From NCBI GenBank assembly GCA_051877895.1, contig JBJEJI010000076.1, positions 3,671 through 67,670 on the forward strand: a stretch of DNA of 64,000 nucleotides, written 5' to 3'. Every line of letters begins with the position of its first letter. Position 1 is the stretch's first letter. Both the position numbers and the translations under genes were made by a program. Source of the DNA: Lachnospiraceae bacterium (GTDB lineage Bacteria > Bacillota > Clostridia > Lachnospirales > Lachnospiraceae). Below are positions 62,196 to 64,000 of the stretch, piece after piece. The notes under the pieces were generated by a model that was given only the letters and a program-made list of their open reading frames with translations, ran no database searches and had not been told where the DNA came from.

Positions 62196-62328
62196 AATAG
62201 CGTACCTCCTAAAAATGTGGTGTTATCGGAAGATTCCTCCCACTTACCGGTCTTACGACCGGCAACTCGCATGGTTTTCATGCTGATTGTCCGCTGCCTT
62301 TACGGACAATGGATTTTGGTTTTAAAGT

Positions 62329-62847
62329 TTAACGTTCTACTTTTACTTCATTGAAGCCAATCTCGACAGGTGTTTCACGTCCAAACATGTCCACGCTGAT
62401 AGTCAATGTCTGCTTGCCGAGATTAATTGCCTTGATTACGCCCTGGGTATCCATCCATGCACCGCTTATTACGGTTACTGTCTCGCCCTCAGCAAAATCA
62501 ACATCAATTTCTTCGGAACTAATTCCCATAGTTCTTATTTCTTCATCGCTCAGAGGAACCGGTTTTGATCCTGGTCCGACGAACCCTGTTACACCTCTGG
62601 TATTTCTTACTACATACCATGTATCATCATTCATGACCATGTTAAGCAGAACATAACCCGGAAACAGTTTCTTCTGAACTTTCTTTTTGACGCCATTTTT
62701 TGTTTCAATAACGTCCTGCATCGGAACACTTACTTCAAGTATCTGATCCTGAAGTCCACGATTCTCTATCGTGCTTTCAATGTTCGCTTTTACCTTGTTT
62801 TCATAACCTGAGTAGGTATGAACCACGTACCATTTTGCTTCTGCCAT
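62329..62847 (-). CDS. nusG: transcription termination/antitermination factor NusG
   Basis: 172 aa. WYVVHTYSGYENKV N-terminal NGN domain and a C-terminal KOW domain. Confidence 0.96.
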   Translation of the reverse strand: MAEAKWYVVHTYSGYENKVKANIESTIENRGLQDQILEVSVPMQDVIETKNGVKKKVQKKLFPGYVLLNMVMNDDTWYVVRNTRGVTGFVGPGSKPVPLSDEEIRTMGISSEEIDVDFAEGETVTVISGAWMDTQGVIKAINLGKQTLTISVDMFGRETPVEIGFNEVKVER

Positions 62848-62865
62848 ATCATCACCCTTATCCTA

Positions 62866-63066
62866 CTAGATAATTAAGTCAATGCCAAACTTCACAACAT
62901 AGTCAATAAGCACAATAATTATTGCCAAAATAATAGTAACGACAAACACAGCGATGGTTTCTTTAACAAGTGACATTTTATCCGGCCAAACAATTTTCTT
63001 GAATTCTGACTTGATTCCCTGCCACCAGCTTGCCTTTTTTACTGATGCATCTTTTTTCTCGCTCAT
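62866..63066 (-). CDS. secE: preprotein translocase subunit SecE
   Basis: The ORF track gives 62866-63072. M3 has better RBS spacing. It has a single TM and a conserved EFKKIVWP motif. Confidence 0.88.
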   Translation of the reverse strand: MSEKKDASVKKASWWQGIKSEFKKIVWPDKMSLVKETIAVFVVTIILAIIIVLIDYVVKFGIDLII

Positions 63067-63090
63067 GTCCATTCCTTTCCAAGCAATAAC

Positions 63091-63240
63091 TTACTTTGTT
63101 TCCTTATGCAATGTATGCTTTTTGCAAAATCTACAGTACTTTTTGGTCTCCATCCTATCCGGATGGTTTTTCTTTTCTTTCGTCATGTTATAATTACGCT
63201 GCTTGCAATCTGTACATGCCAATGTAATTTTTACTCGCAC
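63091..63240 (-). CDS. rpmG: 50S ribosomal protein L33
   Basis: My own translation (49 aa, below the ORF-track cutoff) with a GTG start after GGAGGTG: [49 protein letters not shown]. Confidence 0.9.
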   Translation of the reverse strand: MRVKITLACTDCKQRNYNMTKEKKNHPDRMETKKYCRFCKKHTLHKETK

Positions 63241-63498
63241 AACTTCCACCTCCGTTGAAATTTTAGGCATAAAAAAAAGACCTCTTCCATAGCCATATTA
63301 CAATATCACAAGGGGCCATGGTATGTCAACCACTTTTTTCATTAATTTATTTTTTATTGTATCGGAAGCTTCGTTCCTACTTATCAAAATATCAAAAACG
63401 CTCCGCGAGAATGTGTACCTGCACGTATAAGGCAGATGTCGATTAAACGACCCGTAAGACGCAAGAGTCCGCAAGCGGACTCTTCGTTCTTTCTCTGT

Positions 63499-64000
63499 TT
63501 ACAAATTTGAGGGTTCTGCTTTTTCTTCCTCAACAAGAGGTTGTGGTATAAAGCTGGATGCTATGAAACCTTTTCCATGATGCTTTACATAAACATAACC
63601 CAAGGCACTAAAAATAACAGCTCCTACAAAATTTACGAACAAATCCTTCATGGTATCGTTAATTCCCACATCAAGATAGCCGCCTTCCACAACAACCTGC
63701 GTTCCATCAGCACACTCAATTATTGTTCTGTCTATATTCTTTACCTTAATGGCAATATTGCTGTTGGTCTCATCAAGGGCAACCGAGGAAATTTCAGTTA
63801 TAATGGTATCTTTCTGCATGTCAAAACGAATTGTATGATCCACTCCGTACTCTACAAATTCCCAGAGTATACCAATTGTCATAGAAAAGCAAAAAGCAAC
63901 AATGGCAAGATACCCTGCCGAGAGCTTAAACCGTATCTTGTGATTTCTGTTAAGAATGTCTACAAGGCAAAAACCAAATGCAGCAAACATGAAACCGTTT
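63499..64000 (-). CDS. hypothetical polytopic membrane protein, probably 5'-truncated by the window edge
   Basis: The ORF track gives 63499-63990, but the frame stays open to position 64000. Hydrophobic helices flank a ~70-aa loop. I cannot assign a family with confidence. Confidence 0.6.
   Translation of the reverse strand, partial: NGFMFAAFGFCLVDILNRNHKIRFKLSAGYLAIVAFCFSMTIGILWEFVEYGVDHTIRFDMQKDTIITEISSVALDETNSNIAIKVKNIDRTIIECADGTQVVVEGGYLDVGINDTMKDLFVNFVGAVIFSALGYVYVKHHGKGFIASSFIPQPLVEEEKAEPSNL

Noticed and set aside
62196-62328. Possible L1-binding autoregulatory leader or attenuator between nusG and rplK (hairpins ccggtcttacgaccgg and ttgtccg...cggacaa)
   Set aside because: The hairpins are real, but I could not match them convincingly to the 23S L1-stalk mimic by eye. 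It may simply be the nusG terminator plus the rplK 5' UTR. It needs a covariance model.

Overview
This is a 64-kb chromosomal segment of a low-GC Firmicute. It looks clostridial and Lachnospiraceae-like, and spoIIID suggests a spore-former lineage. Coding density is about 90 percent, and almost everything is on the minus strand. From left to right the window contains: (1) a nitrogen and glutamine block: purF (partial), pyrG, asnB, type-III glutamine synthetase, a five-gene split archaeal-type glutamate synthase operon, type-I glnA and an ANTAR response regulator; (2) trpS; (3) a five-gene module of a two-component system, a VTC-like polyphosphate-polymerase domain protein, a DUF4956 membrane protein and a membrane-anchored beta-helix protein; (4) an HTH-cupin-acyl-CoA-synthetase fusion gene preceded by a T-box leader and a block of nested repeats; (5) two paralogous MacB/LolCDE-like ABC modules, each with two FtsX-type permeases, one ATPase and a small membrane protein; (6) rubrerythrin and an ArsR/HMA/P1B-ATPase metal efflux operon; (7) galT, a rhomboid protease, pgi, spoIIID, a DUF3810 protein, a Dabb protein, a TrmH-family methyltransferase, trkAH, prfA-prmC, a DUF1385 protein and rpmE; (8) rho carrying a long N/Q/Y-rich insertion; (9) rpoC, rpoB, rplL, rplJ (with L10 leader), rplA, rplK, nusG, secE and rpmG. 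I saw no rRNA, tRNA, CRISPR array, transposase, integrase or recognisable defence gene. The most interesting candidates are the TCS-VTC-DUF4956-beta-helix module, whose two promoters share a box, the T-box in front of a DNA-binding adenylating enzyme, matching antiterminator leaders on the two nitrogen operons next to an ANTAR regulator, the duplicated heterodimeric ABC modules with a 30-codon ORF, and a family of short dispersed or nested intergenic repeats. CDS starts were re-chosen from the ORF track by RBS inspection. Coordinates of small hand-located RNA and promoter features may be off by 1-2 nt.
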